From Flavobacteriaceae bacterium (GTDB lineage Bacteria; Bacteroidota; Bacteroidia; Flavobacteriales; Flavobacteriaceae): DNA of 64,000 nucleotides. The stretch lies in contig JABSPL010000199.1 of the NCBI GenBank assembly GCA_013215105.1, positions 1 to 64,000 on the forward strand, read 5' to 3'. The notes under the pieces were generated by a model. It saw nothing but the letters and a program-made list of their open reading frames with translations, was not told the DNA's origin and did not search any database. Positions within the stretch are counted from its first letter, which is position 1; every line of letters begins with the position of its first letter. A program made the position numbers and the translations under genes. This document shows, one piece after another, positions 29,793-39,806 of this stretch.

Positions 29793-31724
29793 ATGGAAAA
29801 GATAAAAACACTAATATTCATCATATTCGCAACGACAATGATGAATGCACAGAACTATAAATTCGGTAAAATATCGAAAGAGGATTTATCCGAAACTCAG
29901 TATTCTATTGATTCTACAGCCAAATCGGTCGTTTTATATAAGAAAAGGAATACTTATTACAGGGAAACTACTAATGGACTCATGAAAACAGATGAGTTTC
30001 ATTATAGAATAAAAATATATAAATCGTCTGATTCTAGATGGGCTAGTAAAAAGATATATTTATACAAAAACGGTTCTGCTAGAGAAAGTTTATCGGGTTT
30101 GAAAGCTTATACTTACAATTTGGTTGATGGAGAAATAGTAAAGACTAAACTAAGTAAAAAGGAATTATTCAAAGATAAGGAATCTAAAAATCTAAATTAT
30201 ACAAGTTTCACTATGCCCAAAGTAGCTGACAACTGTATAATCGAATACAAATACAGTATAGTTTCTCCCTTTTATAGTTCTATGACCGATATGAAGATGC
30301 AGTATTCTATACCTGTCAAAAAATATGAAGGAGAGGTGAAGATGTATAAGTATTTGTATTATAATAAAACTCAAAAAGGATATATTACTCTTAAAATAGA
30401 ACAAACAGACAGTTACAATCCGTCTAGTTTCAAAGTTAATGCTGAGAATATACCAGCTATGAAAAGCGAAGGTTATGTTGATAATATAACAAACTACAGA
30501 ACAGGAATAGTTTTCGAGTTAGCTAGTATCACTATACCTGGGCAGGTTTACGAATCGTTTGCTAGTACTTGGAACGACGCTTGTAAGCGTATATATAAAA
30601 GCAATGCTTTTGGTGTTGAGCTAAAGAAAAGAAATCCGTTAAAAGACGAGACTTTAATTATAAAAAACAGCGAAAAAACTGATAAACAGAAAATACACGA
30701 TGCTCTAGAGCTAGTGAAAAGTAAAATAAAATGGAACGGATCGGGAGGGATATACGCTTATAAAGGCTCTAGGAAAGCTTTGAAAGAAAAAATAGCAGCC
30801 ACTGGAGATATGAATATTTTACTTATAAAAGTATTAAAAGATTTAGGCTACACAGCCTATCCTGTACTGGTGAGTACTAGGAGTAATGGTATAAAATTAT
30901 TTCCTACTATAGACGGGTTTAACTATATGATAGTTGCGGTGAAACTAGGTGACAAATACGAATATGTAGATGCTGCTAGCGAATATGGGTCTATGAATAT
31001 AATGGAGAACAAGGTGCTTAACTGGAAAGGTAGAATAATACTAGACAAAGACAAATCTGATTGGATAGACCTAAACCAGATAGCTGATATAGCCAAAAAG
31101 ACTCATAATATAATGGCTAGTATAGATGAGTTTGGCGCTACTATAGGTAAAATAAGAATAGTCCGAACCAAAGCGGAGGCTCTTTCGTTCAGGAATTATT
31201 ACAATAAGGATTCGGAAGATGAGTTAATAGAAAACATAGATAATAAATATAAAAGGATAGAGGTATCTGATTTGAAGCTTAAAAATAAAGAAGAAATACT
31301 AAAACCTATAAGTCAGTCTTTTGAATTCGAGTCAGAGGAATTAATGGATAGTAGTATACCTGGTAAGATATTTTTTAAACCTTTATTGTTTTTGAGCAGT
31401 GACATGAAGAATCCGTTCAAAATGAATAAGAGGCTTTATCCTGTAAACTATACCAATCCGTTTGAATATAACTACAATATAATGTTGACTATTCCTGAAG
31501 GTTACAAGGTGGCATCTATGCCCGATGCAGTTAATATGGCTTTGCCTAAGTCATATGGAGGCTTTAAGATAATAACAGCTAGCAACGGAAACAAGATAAC
31601 TATAAAATCAAGTTTCTCTATAAAAACATCTGTAATATCGGCGATGGATTATGAATCTTTGAAGCAGTTCTATACTCAGATGGAAGCTAAGCTTAATGAG
31701 AATATTGTTTTGGAGAAGAGTTAG
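29793..31724 (+). CDS. DUF3857/DUF3858 paralog with degenerate transglutaminase core (Cys->Met, His->Tyr)
   Basis: same architecture; 'TGDMNILLIKVLKDLGYTAYPV' and 'FNYMIVAV'; start codon abuts upstream stop. Confidence 0.7.
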   Translation: MEKIKTLIFIIFATTMMNAQNYKFGKISKEDLSETQYSIDSTAKSVVLYKKRNTYYRETTNGLMKTDEFHYRIKIYKSSDSRWASKKIYLYKNGSARESLSGLKAYTYNLVDGEIVKTKLSKKELFKDKESKNLNYTSFTMPKVADNCIIEYKYSIVSPFYSSMTDMKMQYSIPVKKYEGEVKMYKYLYYNKTQKGYITLKIEQTDSYNPSSFKVNAENIPAMKSEGYVDNITNYRTGIVFELASITIPGQVYESFASTWNDACKRIYKSNAFGVELKKRNPLKDETLIIKNSEKTDKQKIHDALELVKSKIKWNGSGGIYAYKGSRKALKEKIAATGDMNILLIKVLKDLGYTAYPVLVSTRSNGIKLFPTIDGFNYMIVAVKLGDKYEYVDAASEYGSMNIMENKVLNWKGRIILDKDKSDWIDLNQIADIAKKTHNIMASIDEFGATIGKIRIVRTKAEALSFRNYYNKDSEDELIENIDNKYKRIEVSDLKLKNKEEILKPISQSFEFESEELMDSSIPGKIFFKPLLFLSSDMKNPFKMNKRLYPVNYTNPFEYNYNIMLTIPEGYKVASMPDAVNMALPKSYGGFKIITASNGNKITIKSSFSIKTSVISAMDYESLKQFYTQMEAKLNENIVLEKS

Positions 31725-31750
31725 GGTTGTTAGTAAGATACTGTTGGTCT

Positions 31751-31793
31751 AAAAGCCTAAATTCCTTTTGTAGAGAGGGATTTAGGCTTTTAT
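31751..31793 (+). terminator. rho-independent terminator
   Basis: aagcctaaatcc/ggatttaggctt 12-bp stem + T-rich tail. Confidence 0.65.
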
Positions 31794-32185
31794 ACTTACC
31801 TACAGGTAATCAAATCTACTTTCATCTTTAAAGCAAATGTTAGCGGAAGTGTATTTATTCTTATTTATACTGGATATTATTGATTTTAGGGTTGATGGTA
31901 AGTTTTTTAAAAACCTCAATAGCTTCTTAATCTTTTTTGTAATGAGAATTTCTTGGAGTCTTTAGTTTAGTTCCAAAATTATGTTTCATATAAACCTTAA
32001 AGCATTATATTTTAGATCTATATCGTATTTCGACTCAGAAAACATCTACTGAACTGTGTGAGTTTAAAAAAGAATAGTTCATTTAAACCATAGTTGTTGA
32101 ACTATTTCTTACCAAGAAAATACAACCCCAACCCACCAGGGAAAAATAAATTATGCCACTATGTCATGGTTAAATTTTTGATTTG

Positions 32186-32193
32186 TATATTTG
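32186..32193 (+). promoter_or_regulatory. Bacteroidetes -7 promoter motif TAnnTTTG (tatatttg) upstream of miaB
   Basis: matches sigma-A(Bacteroidetes) -7 consensus 27 nt before ORF start; TTG about 20 nt upstream. Confidence 0.3.
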
Positions 32194-32219
32194 CACTGTT
32201 TTAAAATACCAAAAAACTA

Positions 32220-33659
32220 ATGAGTAAGGAGAAGGTTATAATAGAGAAGAATCAGGGGCAGGCTTTGATGACTAGTAGTAGCGTAAAAAAGGAGAAAAAA
32301 CTTTATATAGAAAGCTACGGTTGCCAGATGAATATGAACGATAGCGAGATAGTCGCTTCTATACTTGAAAAGGAAGGTTACGGTACTACCAATTTGCTTC
32401 ACGAAGCCGATTTGGTACTAGTTAATACTTGTTCTATTCGTGAAAAGGCAGAGCAAACAATACGTAAAAGACTTCAGAAATACAATGCAGTAAAGAAGAT
32501 AAACCCTAAAATGAAAGTTGGGGTTTTGGGCTGTATGGCCGAAAGACTTAAAGAAAAATTCTTAGAGGAAGAAAAAATAGTTGACTTAGTGGTAGGTCCC
32601 GATGCTTATAGAGACTTACCTAACTTGCTTAGAGAAATAAACGAGGGTAGAGATGCCGTAAACGTAATACTGTCTAAAGACGAGACTTATGGCGATGTAG
32701 CTCCTGTGAGGCTTAACAATAACGGAGTTTCGGCATTTGTGTCTATAACCCGTGGTTGCGATAATATGTGTACTTTCTGCGTCGTTCCATTTACCAGAGG
32801 TAGGGAGCGTAGTAGAGATCCGCAGAGCGTTATGCAAGAAATAGATGACTTATATAACAATAACTACAAAGAAATAACCCTTTTGGGGCAGAATGTAGAT
32901 AGTTATTTGTGGTACGGAGGAGGTCTTAAAAAAGACTATAAAAAAGCTTCGGATATTGCTAAAGCTACGGCTGTTAGTTTTTCGCAATTGTTAGACATGG
33001 TTGCTATCAAATATCCGACTCTTAGGATTCGTTTTTATACTTCGAACCCACAAGATATGGAAGAGGAGGTGTTGCATATAATGGCTAAGCACGATAATAT
33101 ATGTAAGTATTTACATTTGCCAGTTCAGTCAGGTAGTAGTAGTGTGTTGAAACGTATGAACAGACAACATACTCGTGAGGAATATATGGAGCTTATCGAT
33201 AAAGTTAAGAGAATAATCCCAGGCTGTGCATTGTCTCAAGACATGATAACAGGTTTCTGTGGAGAGACAGAAGAGGAGCATGAGGATACTTTGAGTCTGA
33301 TGAAATACGTGAGATATGACTATGGTTTTATGTTCGCTTATTCGGAAAGACCAGGTACTTTGGCAGCTAAAAAGATGCCTGATGATGTTCCTTTGGATAT
33401 AAAGAAGAGAAGACTTGCGGAGGTTATAAAACTGCAAAGAGAAATAAGTCTGGAAATAACTCAAAGTTATATAGGTAAGACTTTAGAGGTGTTGATAGAA
33501 AACGAATCTAAGAAGTCTAAGGACGAATGGATGGGGAGAAATCAACATAACTATGCTGTTGTTTTTCCTAAAGGAGACTTTAAGATAGGTGATTTTGCTA
33601 TGGTTAAAATAATAGATTGCACCTCAGCAACATTAAAGGGTATTGTGGTAGAGAAATAA
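32220..33659 (+). CDS. miaB: tRNA-2-methylthio-N6-dimethylallyladenosine synthase (radical-SAM methylthiotransferase)
   Basis: MTTase N-terminal Cys triad (CQMN, C in NTCS, C in GCM), radical SAM CxxxCxxC (CDNMCTFC), TRAM domain. Confidence 0.9.
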   Translation: MSKEKVIIEKNQGQALMTSSSVKKEKKLYIESYGCQMNMNDSEIVASILEKEGYGTTNLLHEADLVLVNTCSIREKAEQTIRKRLQKYNAVKKINPKMKVGVLGCMAERLKEKFLEEEKIVDLVVGPDAYRDLPNLLREINEGRDAVNVILSKDETYGDVAPVRLNNNGVSAFVSITRGCDNMCTFCVVPFTRGRERSRDPQSVMQEIDDLYNNNYKEITLLGQNVDSYLWYGGGLKKDYKKASDIAKATAVSFSQLLDMVAIKYPTLRIRFYTSNPQDMEEEVLHIMAKHDNICKYLHLPVQSGSSSVLKRMNRQHTREEYMELIDKVKRIIPGCALSQDMITGFCGETEEEHEDTLSLMKYVRYDYGFMFAYSERPGTLAAKKMPDDVPLDIKKRRLAEVIKLQREISLEITQSYIGKTLEVLIENESKKSKDEWMGRNQHNYAVVFPKGDFKIGDFAMVKIIDCTSATLKGIVVEK

Positions 33660-33668
33660 AAAAAAGCT

Positions 33669-34925
33669 ATGGAAGAATTACAAGATATAAAATCCCGATT
33701 TGAAATAATCGGGAATAACCAGCAACTCAACAGGGTGTTGCAAAAGGCTGTTAGGGTTTCCTCTAGTGATATAAGCGTGCTAGTTACTGGCGAAAGTGGA
33801 GTGGGTAAGGAGATTATTCCTAAGATAATACATCAATATTCTAAGCGTAAGCACTCTAAACTGATAGCTATAAACTGTGGAGCTATCCCTGAGGGAACTA
33901 TAGATAGTGAGCTTTTTGGTCATGAAAAGGGGTCTTTTACGGGAGCTCAATCCACAAGGAAAGGTTATTTTGAAGTGGCTGATGGTGGTACTATTTTTCT
34001 GGACGAAGTAGGGGAGTTACCCTTGACTACTCAGGTAAGGTTATTGAGAGTTTTGGAGAATGGCGAGTTTATGAAAGTAGGTTCTTCGGAGGTTCAGAAG
34101 ACAAACGTAAGGATAGTCGCGGCTACCAATCTTAATATGCAAACAGCTATTAAGAAGGGTAAGTTTAGAGAAGATCTGTATTATAGGCTGAGTACTGTGG
34201 AGCTTTTCTTGCCTGCTTTAAGAGAGAGAAAAGATGATATTTATTTGCTTTTTAGGAAGTTTGCAATAGACTTTGCCGATAAATACAAAATGCCAATAAT
34301 AAGACTTCAAGACGATGCTGTGGCTTTGTTAGAAGAATATCGTTTCCCAGGGAATATACGTCAGTTAAGAAATATAGTAGAACAGATTTCGGTAGTGGAA
34401 GAGTCTAGAAATATATCGGCATATCAGTTAAAGGAATATTTTCCTAACTGGAATTTAGGTATGTCACCTGCTGTTGTGAGTTCTTCTTCTTCTGAATCTG
34501 GTGATGATAGTTTTTCGAAGGAGAGAGATGTTATTTATAAGATGATATTTGAGCTCAAAAAAGAGTTAAATGACCTTAAAAAGATGACTTTCGAATTTAT
34601 GGGGCGAAAACCAGAAGACCAAGACGCATCTCAATATGTAGAGGAGCCTAAATATATAGAAGAGGAGACTAAACTGTTACCGGTAAGTGCCGATGGGGAC
34701 GATTTGGCTTATGCTCGCTTGACACCTAAAGACGAAGTTTATGACGAGTCAGAGTTTGTAGATGCGACCAATGTAGAGCCAGAATCGTTATCGCTTCATA
34801 AGAAAGAAATGGAGATGATAGTGAAGTCTTTAGAAAAGTATAAGGGCAAAAGGAAACTGGCTGCGGATGAGTTAGGGATATCAGAGAGGACATTATATAG
34901 GAAAATAAAGCAATTCGATTTATAA
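33669..34925 (+). CDS. sigma-54-dependent transcriptional activator (AAA+ sigma-54 interaction domain + Fis-type HTH; no receiver domain)
   Basis: Walker A GESGVGKE, GAFTGA-like 'GSFTGAQ', C-terminal 'ISERTLYRKIK' HTH. Confidence 0.85.
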   Translation: MEELQDIKSRFEIIGNNQQLNRVLQKAVRVSSSDISVLVTGESGVGKEIIPKIIHQYSKRKHSKLIAINCGAIPEGTIDSELFGHEKGSFTGAQSTRKGYFEVADGGTIFLDEVGELPLTTQVRLLRVLENGEFMKVGSSEVQKTNVRIVAATNLNMQTAIKKGKFREDLYYRLSTVELFLPALRERKDDIYLLFRKFAIDFADKYKMPIIRLQDDAVALLEEYRFPGNIRQLRNIVEQISVVEESRNISAYQLKEYFPNWNLGMSPAVVSSSSSESGDDSFSKERDVIYKMIFELKKELNDLKKMTFEFMGRKPEDQDASQYVEEPKYIEEETKLLPVSADGDDLAYARLTPKDEVYDESEFVDATNVEPESLSLHKKEMEMIVKSLEKYKGKRKLAADELGISERTLYRKIKQFDL

Positions 34926-34969
34926 TAATCGGATAATATATTTATATTTGATTTTAAAAAACACAATTA

Positions 34970-35470
34970 ATGAGATTATTTACAAAAGGGATTTTACTTA
35001 CAGTTAGTTTGGTATTTGTTTCTTGTAATATTTACACTTTTACTGGAGGAAACACGGGAGATGCTAAGACAATACAAGTAGATTATTTTTATAATAACGC
35101 GGCTATAGTTGAGCCATCGTTGAGTCAGCAATTCACTCAAGATTTGCAAGATTTGTTCATCAGGCAGACTAACCTTAGTTTGGTTAGCGATAGTGGTGAT
35201 TTGCAGTTCGAGGGGGAGGTTATTAAGTATTCTATAAGTCCTACGTCTTCTCAGGCTGATCAAACGGCAGCTCAAAGTAGGTTGACTATAAGTGTTAAAG
35301 TTAGGTTTTTTAACAATTTAGTCCCTGAGGATAATTTTGAGAAAAGTTTTTCTTTCTTTTTCGATTTCGATGCTCAAGACAATGTTTCAGATGTGCAAGA
35401 AGATGCTTATAAGACTATTTTTGAAAGAATAACACAAGATATTTTTAATGCTTCGGTAGCTAAATGGTAA
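34970..35470 (+). CDS. LptE-like outer-membrane lipoprotein (putative)
   Basis: lipobox FVSCNI, ~165 aa, conserved position between sigma-54 activator and secG in Flavobacteriia. Confidence 0.4.
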   Translation: MRLFTKGILLTVSLVFVSCNIYTFTGGNTGDAKTIQVDYFYNNAAIVEPSLSQQFTQDLQDLFIRQTNLSLVSDSGDLQFEGEVIKYSISPTSSQADQTAAQSRLTISVKVRFFNNLVPEDNFEKSFSFFFDFDAQDNVSDVQEDAYKTIFERITQDIFNASVAKW

Positions 35471-36507
35471 ATAATATGCAAAAAGAAGAGTTTTTTGATT
35501 TGGTAGACTGTAACTCGGTTGTAGGGTCAGATAGCTTGGATACTGTAATAAAAGATTACCCTTATTTTCAACTAGCAAAGGCTGTTAAGTTAAGATTGTT
35601 AAAGCAAGAAAATAGTACATCTTATAATAGTTTTCTTAAAGAAGTGTCAGCTGTAACTGTTGATAGGAGTGTTCTTTTTTATTATATTTCTGGTTTTGAG
35701 AATGTAGAGGTAGCCGAAAAGGAAACTGATATTCCGCAGGGAAGTGCAGTAGAGGATACTATTGTAGATGATAGTATTATAGAAACGAAAAAAGCTGTAG
35801 GTGCTTGGAGAGAAGTGAAGATAAAAAAAGCTAGTTTGCCAGAGGAGGTGGATGTAGAAAAAGTTAATTTAGTCGATGATACTACAGGTGTATTTTCCAA
35901 AGAGACGAAAATAGAGCTTGAAGAAATTCAAAGAGATATAAAAGGAAATATACAAGAAGAGATTGTAGTTGACGAATTGAAGAATGTTGTTTCTGAGGAG
36001 GTTTTTATAGAAGAAGATTTTAAAACAGATGCAATAAAAGAGTCTATTCGTATATCGAAATTGTTGACTGAGCAGGTAAGATCGGTTAGCGAAAACTTGA
36101 ATATAGGTAGTCCTATTAGTTTCAGTAAAGACGATGAGCATTCGTTTAACGAATGGTTGTCTGTATCAACTGAGGAGTTACAAACTAATGAAGAGGAGAG
36201 TGTGTTAGGAGGTGTAGAGGTTAAAAAAAGTAATATATCGAGCAGATTGATAGAAAATTTCATAAAAAATAAACCGAGAATAAAACCAGTTAAAAAAGAA
36301 GCAAAGCCTACTAAGGTTTTTAGGGTTCCAGAGTCTAATACTGAGGAGTTAATGACTGAAACTTTGGCGAAAGTTTATTTGGAACAGAAGAAATATGACA
36401 GTTCAATAAAGGCTTATGAGATATTAAGTTTGAAATATCCAAAAAAAAGTGTTTTCTTTGCTGATTGTATAGAGAAAATAAAACAATTAAAAATAGAAAA
36501 TAGATGA
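35464..36507 (+). CDS. hypothetical acidic protein
   Basis: E/D-rich; stop overlaps secG start (ATGA). Confidence 0.5.
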   Translation: MVNNMQKEEFFDLVDCNSVVGSDSLDTVIKDYPYFQLAKAVKLRLLKQENSTSYNSFLKEVSAVTVDRSVLFYYISGFENVEVAEKETDIPQGSAVEDTIVDDSIIETKKAVGAWREVKIKKASLPEEVDVEKVNLVDDTTGVFSKETKIELEEIQRDIKGNIQEEIVVDELKNVVSEEVFIEEDFKTDAIKESIRISKLLTEQVRSVSENLNIGSPISFSKDDEHSFNEWLSVSTEELQTNEEESVLGGVEVKKSNISSRLIENFIKNKPRIKPVKKEAKPTKVFRVPESNTEELMTETLAKVYLEQKKYDSSIKAYEILSLKYPKKSVFFADCIEKIKQLKIENR

Positions 36508-36872
36508 CTTATACCGTTTTTTTAGTATTAATATTGATAGTGGCTTTGCTACTAGTTTTGATTATAATGGTTCAAAATCCTAAAGGAGGAGGCTTGTCTT
36601 CTTCGTTTGGTCAATCAGGAGGGCAAAACATAGGAGGAGTACAAAATACTAATAAGTTTTTGGATAAAAGTACTTGGACTTTGGTTATAGCGTTGTTTAC
36701 TCTTATATTATTGTCTAACTATTCTATAGACAGAGGTAATACTTCTGGTAAATCTCAACTTGAAGACACTATAGAAAACAGAATAATAGAAGTGGAAAAT
36801 ACTGAAAGTGCTTCTGAAGAAAATATAGAAGCAGTTGAGTCAACAGAAGAAGTTGAAGCTGAATCTAAATAA
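36504..36872 (+). CDS. secG: preprotein translocase subunit SecG
   Basis: two TM helices with 'QNPKGGGLSSSFGQSGG' SecG loop. Confidence 0.8.
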   Translation: MTYTVFLVLILIVALLLVLIIMVQNPKGGGLSSSFGQSGGQNIGGVQNTNKFLDKSTWTLVIALFTLILLSNYSIDRGNTSGKSQLEDTIENRIIEVENTESASEENIEAVESTEEVEAESK

Positions 36873-36948
36873 AAAAAAGTAACAATTTATAAAAAATTCC
36901 TTTTTCATTATTGAATAAGGGATTTTTTGTGTTTAAATATATATTATA

Positions 36949-37113
36949 ATGAAAGAATATAAGTTTATAAAACAAAAGAGTACTCCAATCAAGAAAGATT
37001 CTGATTTCGAAGAATTATTGAACAGTTATGCCAAGACAGGTTGGGATGTTGTGAATGTATTTGTTCACAGAGGTATTGTAAAGGCAGTACTCGAAAGAGA
37101 AAAAGAGGATTAG
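36949..37113 (+). CDS. DUF4177-like small protein (54 aa)
   Basis: 'MKEYKFIKQ...EELLNSYAKTGWDVVNV' matches DUF4177 pattern; absent from the supplied ORF track (<60 aa). Confidence 0.45.
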   Translation: MKEYKFIKQKSTPIKKDSDFEELLNSYAKTGWDVVNVFVHRGIVKAVLEREKED

Positions 37114-37158
37114 GTTTATTCTAGTTTTTATTTTGGTTAATATTATATTAATCAGTAA

Positions 37159-37166
37159 ATTTGCAC
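37159..37166 (+). promoter_or_regulatory. Bacteroidetes -7 promoter motif (taaatttg) upstream of rpsA
   Basis: TAnnTTTG with TTG about 23 nt upstream. Confidence 0.3.
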
Positions 37167-37288
37167 AACTTTTGGAGGTTACAAGCTTGCCCGAAAGTTT
37201 TTAAAAAAGTTTTTATATAAATTCTCTCAGAGTTTAATATCTATAGCAAGTTTGGCTAAGTTTTGAGATACAAATAAATCAGCATAAG

Positions 37289-39076
37289 ATGTCTGAAGAA
37301 ACAACAAACCAAGAAGAGTCTGCAAAAGAAGTGCAGGCAGTTAATCCAGAGCAATTCCTTAAAGAATTTGATTGGGATAAGCACGTAGAGGGAATAGAGG
37401 CTATAAACGATGCAGAAACTGCAGAATTTGAAGCAGCATTAGAGCAAGTAGTAGGTTTTCTTAACGAAAGAGACGTAGTAGAAGGTACTATCGTTAAAAT
37501 ATTGGAAAGAGATGCTATTATTGACGTTAATTCTAAGTCGGAAGGAGTAATATCTCTTAACGAATTTAGATATAACCAAAACTTGGCAGTAGGAGACAAA
37601 GTAGAAGTATTAGTAGACCGTAGAGAAGATGCTTCTGGTCAATTAGTATTGTCTCACAAAAAAGCAAGAGTGATAAAAGCATGGGAACGTGTTAACGAAT
37701 CATTCGAGAAAGGAGAAGTAGTTTCTGGTCTTGTTAAGAGTAGAACTAAAGGAGGTATGATAGTTGATATTCACGCAATAGAAGCATTCTTACCAGGGTC
37801 TCAAATAGACGTTAAGCCTATTAGAGATTACGATCAGTATATTAACAAGCATATGGAATTTAAGATCGTGAAAATAAACCACGAATTTAAAAACATAGTT
37901 GTTTCTCATAAAGCTCTTATAGAGGCTGATATCGAAATTCAGAAGAAAGAAATAATAGGGAAACTAGAAAAAGGACAAGTATTAGAAGGTGTTGTTAAAA
38001 ACATTACTTCTTATGGTGTATTTGTTGATTTAGGAGGTGTTGACGGATTGGTACATATTACTGATTTATCTTGGAAGAGAATCAACCATCCATCAGAAAT
38101 ATTAGAGCTTGACCAAAAAATAAACGTTGTAATACTTGACTTCGATGACGAAAAATCAAGAATACAATTAGGTCTTAAACAATTACACCCTCACCCATGG
38201 GAAGCTTTTGACGAAAACATAAAAGTTGGAGACAAAGTAAAAGGTAAGGTAGTTGTACTTGCTGACTACGGTGCATTCATCGAGATAGAAACTGGTGTTG
38301 AAGGATTGATACACGTATCTGAAATGTCTTGGTCTACTCACTTACGTTCTGCACAAGATTTTGTAAAAGTAGGTGCTGAAATAGAAGCAGTGATCCTTAC
38401 TTTGGATAGAGAAGATAGAAAAATGTCTCTAGGTCTTAAGCAACTTCACCCAGATCCGTGGGTTGATATTGACAAGAGATACCCTGTAGGTACTAAGCTT
38501 ACTGGTTCTGTAAGAAACTACACTAACTTTGGTGTGTTTGTTGAGCTAGAAGAAGGTGTTGATGGTCTTGTTTATATATCTGACTTATCTTGGACTGAAA
38601 AAATCAAGCATCCATCTGACTTCGTAAAAGTTGGAGACAAGCTAGAGGTTGAAGTTTTAGAATTTGACTTAGATGCAAGAAGACTTAACTTAGGACATAA
38701 GCAAACTCAAGAAAATCCTTGGGATAAATATGAAACTGAATACGCTCTTAACTCAGTGCATACAGGAGTAATGAAAGAGAAAAATGACAAAGGTGCTATC
38801 ATTGTATTCGGTGAAAACTTAGAAGCTTTTGCTCCTAACAGACACTTAGAAAAAGAAGATGGAACTAAACTTGTTGTAGGTGATACTTCTGAGTTTAAAG
38901 TTATAGAATTTAAGAAAGAAAATCGTAAGATTGTTGTTTCTCATAGTGCTATACACAGACAAGAAGAGACTAAAGCAGTAAAAGCAGCAGCAGCTAAAGC
39001 TGATTCTGCTGACAAAACTACTCTTGGAGACATAGGTGGATTGGCTGACTTGAAAAAGAAAATGGAAGAGAAATAG
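37289..39076 (+). CDS. rpsA: 30S ribosomal protein S1
   Basis: six tandem S1 domains; 595 aa. Confidence 0.95.
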   Translation: MSEETTNQEESAKEVQAVNPEQFLKEFDWDKHVEGIEAINDAETAEFEAALEQVVGFLNERDVVEGTIVKILERDAIIDVNSKSEGVISLNEFRYNQNLAVGDKVEVLVDRREDASGQLVLSHKKARVIKAWERVNESFEKGEVVSGLVKSRTKGGMIVDIHAIEAFLPGSQIDVKPIRDYDQYINKHMEFKIVKINHEFKNIVVSHKALIEADIEIQKKEIIGKLEKGQVLEGVVKNITSYGVFVDLGGVDGLVHITDLSWKRINHPSEILELDQKINVVILDFDDEKSRIQLGLKQLHPHPWEAFDENIKVGDKVKGKVVVLADYGAFIEIETGVEGLIHVSEMSWSTHLRSAQDFVKVGAEIEAVILTLDREDRKMSLGLKQLHPDPWVDIDKRYPVGTKLTGSVRNYTNFGVFVELEEGVDGLVYISDLSWTEKIKHPSDFVKVGDKLEVEVLEFDLDARRLNLGHKQTQENPWDKYETEYALNSVHTGVMKEKNDKGAIIVFGENLEAFAPNRHLEKEDGTKLVVGDTSEFKVIEFKKENRKIVVSHSAIHRQEETKAVKAAAAKADSADKTTLGDIGGLADLKKKMEEK

Positions 39077-39094
39077 ATCTCTATTAATAAGTTA

Positions 39095-39128
39095 TAGAAA
39101 AGCACCGTTATTTTAATGGTGCTTTTCT
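39095..39128 (+). terminator. rho-independent terminator
   Basis: aaaagcaccgtta...taatggtgctttt + T-run. Confidence 0.7.
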
Positions 39129-39146
39129 TTATTAAAATATAAAAAG

Positions 39147-39566
39147 ATGACTACAAACAGAACATTTACAATGTTAAAGCCTGACTCGATAGAGAAAGGT
39201 AATATAGGAGCTATACTAGAAAAAATATCTGCTTCAGGATTTAAAATAGTAGCTTTGAAACTTACTCGTTTGAGTAAGGCAGAAGCGGAAAGCTTTTATG
39301 CTGTACACAACGAAAGACCTTTCTTTGGTGAATTAGTAGAATTCATGACAAGAGGAGCTATCGTAGCTGCGGTTTTAGAAAAAGAAAACGCTGTTGAAGA
39401 TTTTAGAACTTTGATAGGTGCTACTAACCCTGCTGATGCTGCTGAAGGAACTATCCGTAAAATGTTTGCTGACTCTATGGGTGAGAACGCAGTTCACGGT
39501 TCTGATAGCGATGAAAATGCTAAGTTAGAAGCTGAATTTCACTTTTCAGGAAGAGAAATGTTTTAA
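39147..39566 (+). CDS. ndk: nucleoside diphosphate kinase
   Basis: 'TFTMLKPD', active-site 'NAVHGSDS'. Confidence 0.95.
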   Translation: MTTNRTFTMLKPDSIEKGNIGAILEKISASGFKIVALKLTRLSKAEAESFYAVHNERPFFGELVEFMTRGAIVAAVLEKENAVEDFRTLIGATNPADAAEGTIRKMFADSMGENAVHGSDSDENAKLEAEFHFSGREMF

Positions 39567-39587
39567 GGTTTTAAATTAAAACTTATA

Positions 39588-39629
39588 AAAAATCAGTTTA
39601 GTATTTGTTTACTAAGCTGATTTTTTTGT
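39588..39629 (+). terminator. rho-independent terminator
   Basis: aatcagtttagta/tactaagctgatt stem + T7. Confidence 0.7.
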
Positions 39630-39806
39630 TTAATTTGTTTTTGATTGGCGGTCTACAGTTGTCTTAACGTAATATCGTTCCTATGGAGCTTTAACTCTAT
39701 GTATACATGATTTTTATTTATATTTCATCCCTCTGGGCTTAGATTGTTTAAGTGAAGTGGATGTGAGAGCTCAATCAAGTGTTTGTGAGATTAGGGGGGG
39801 CTTAGC

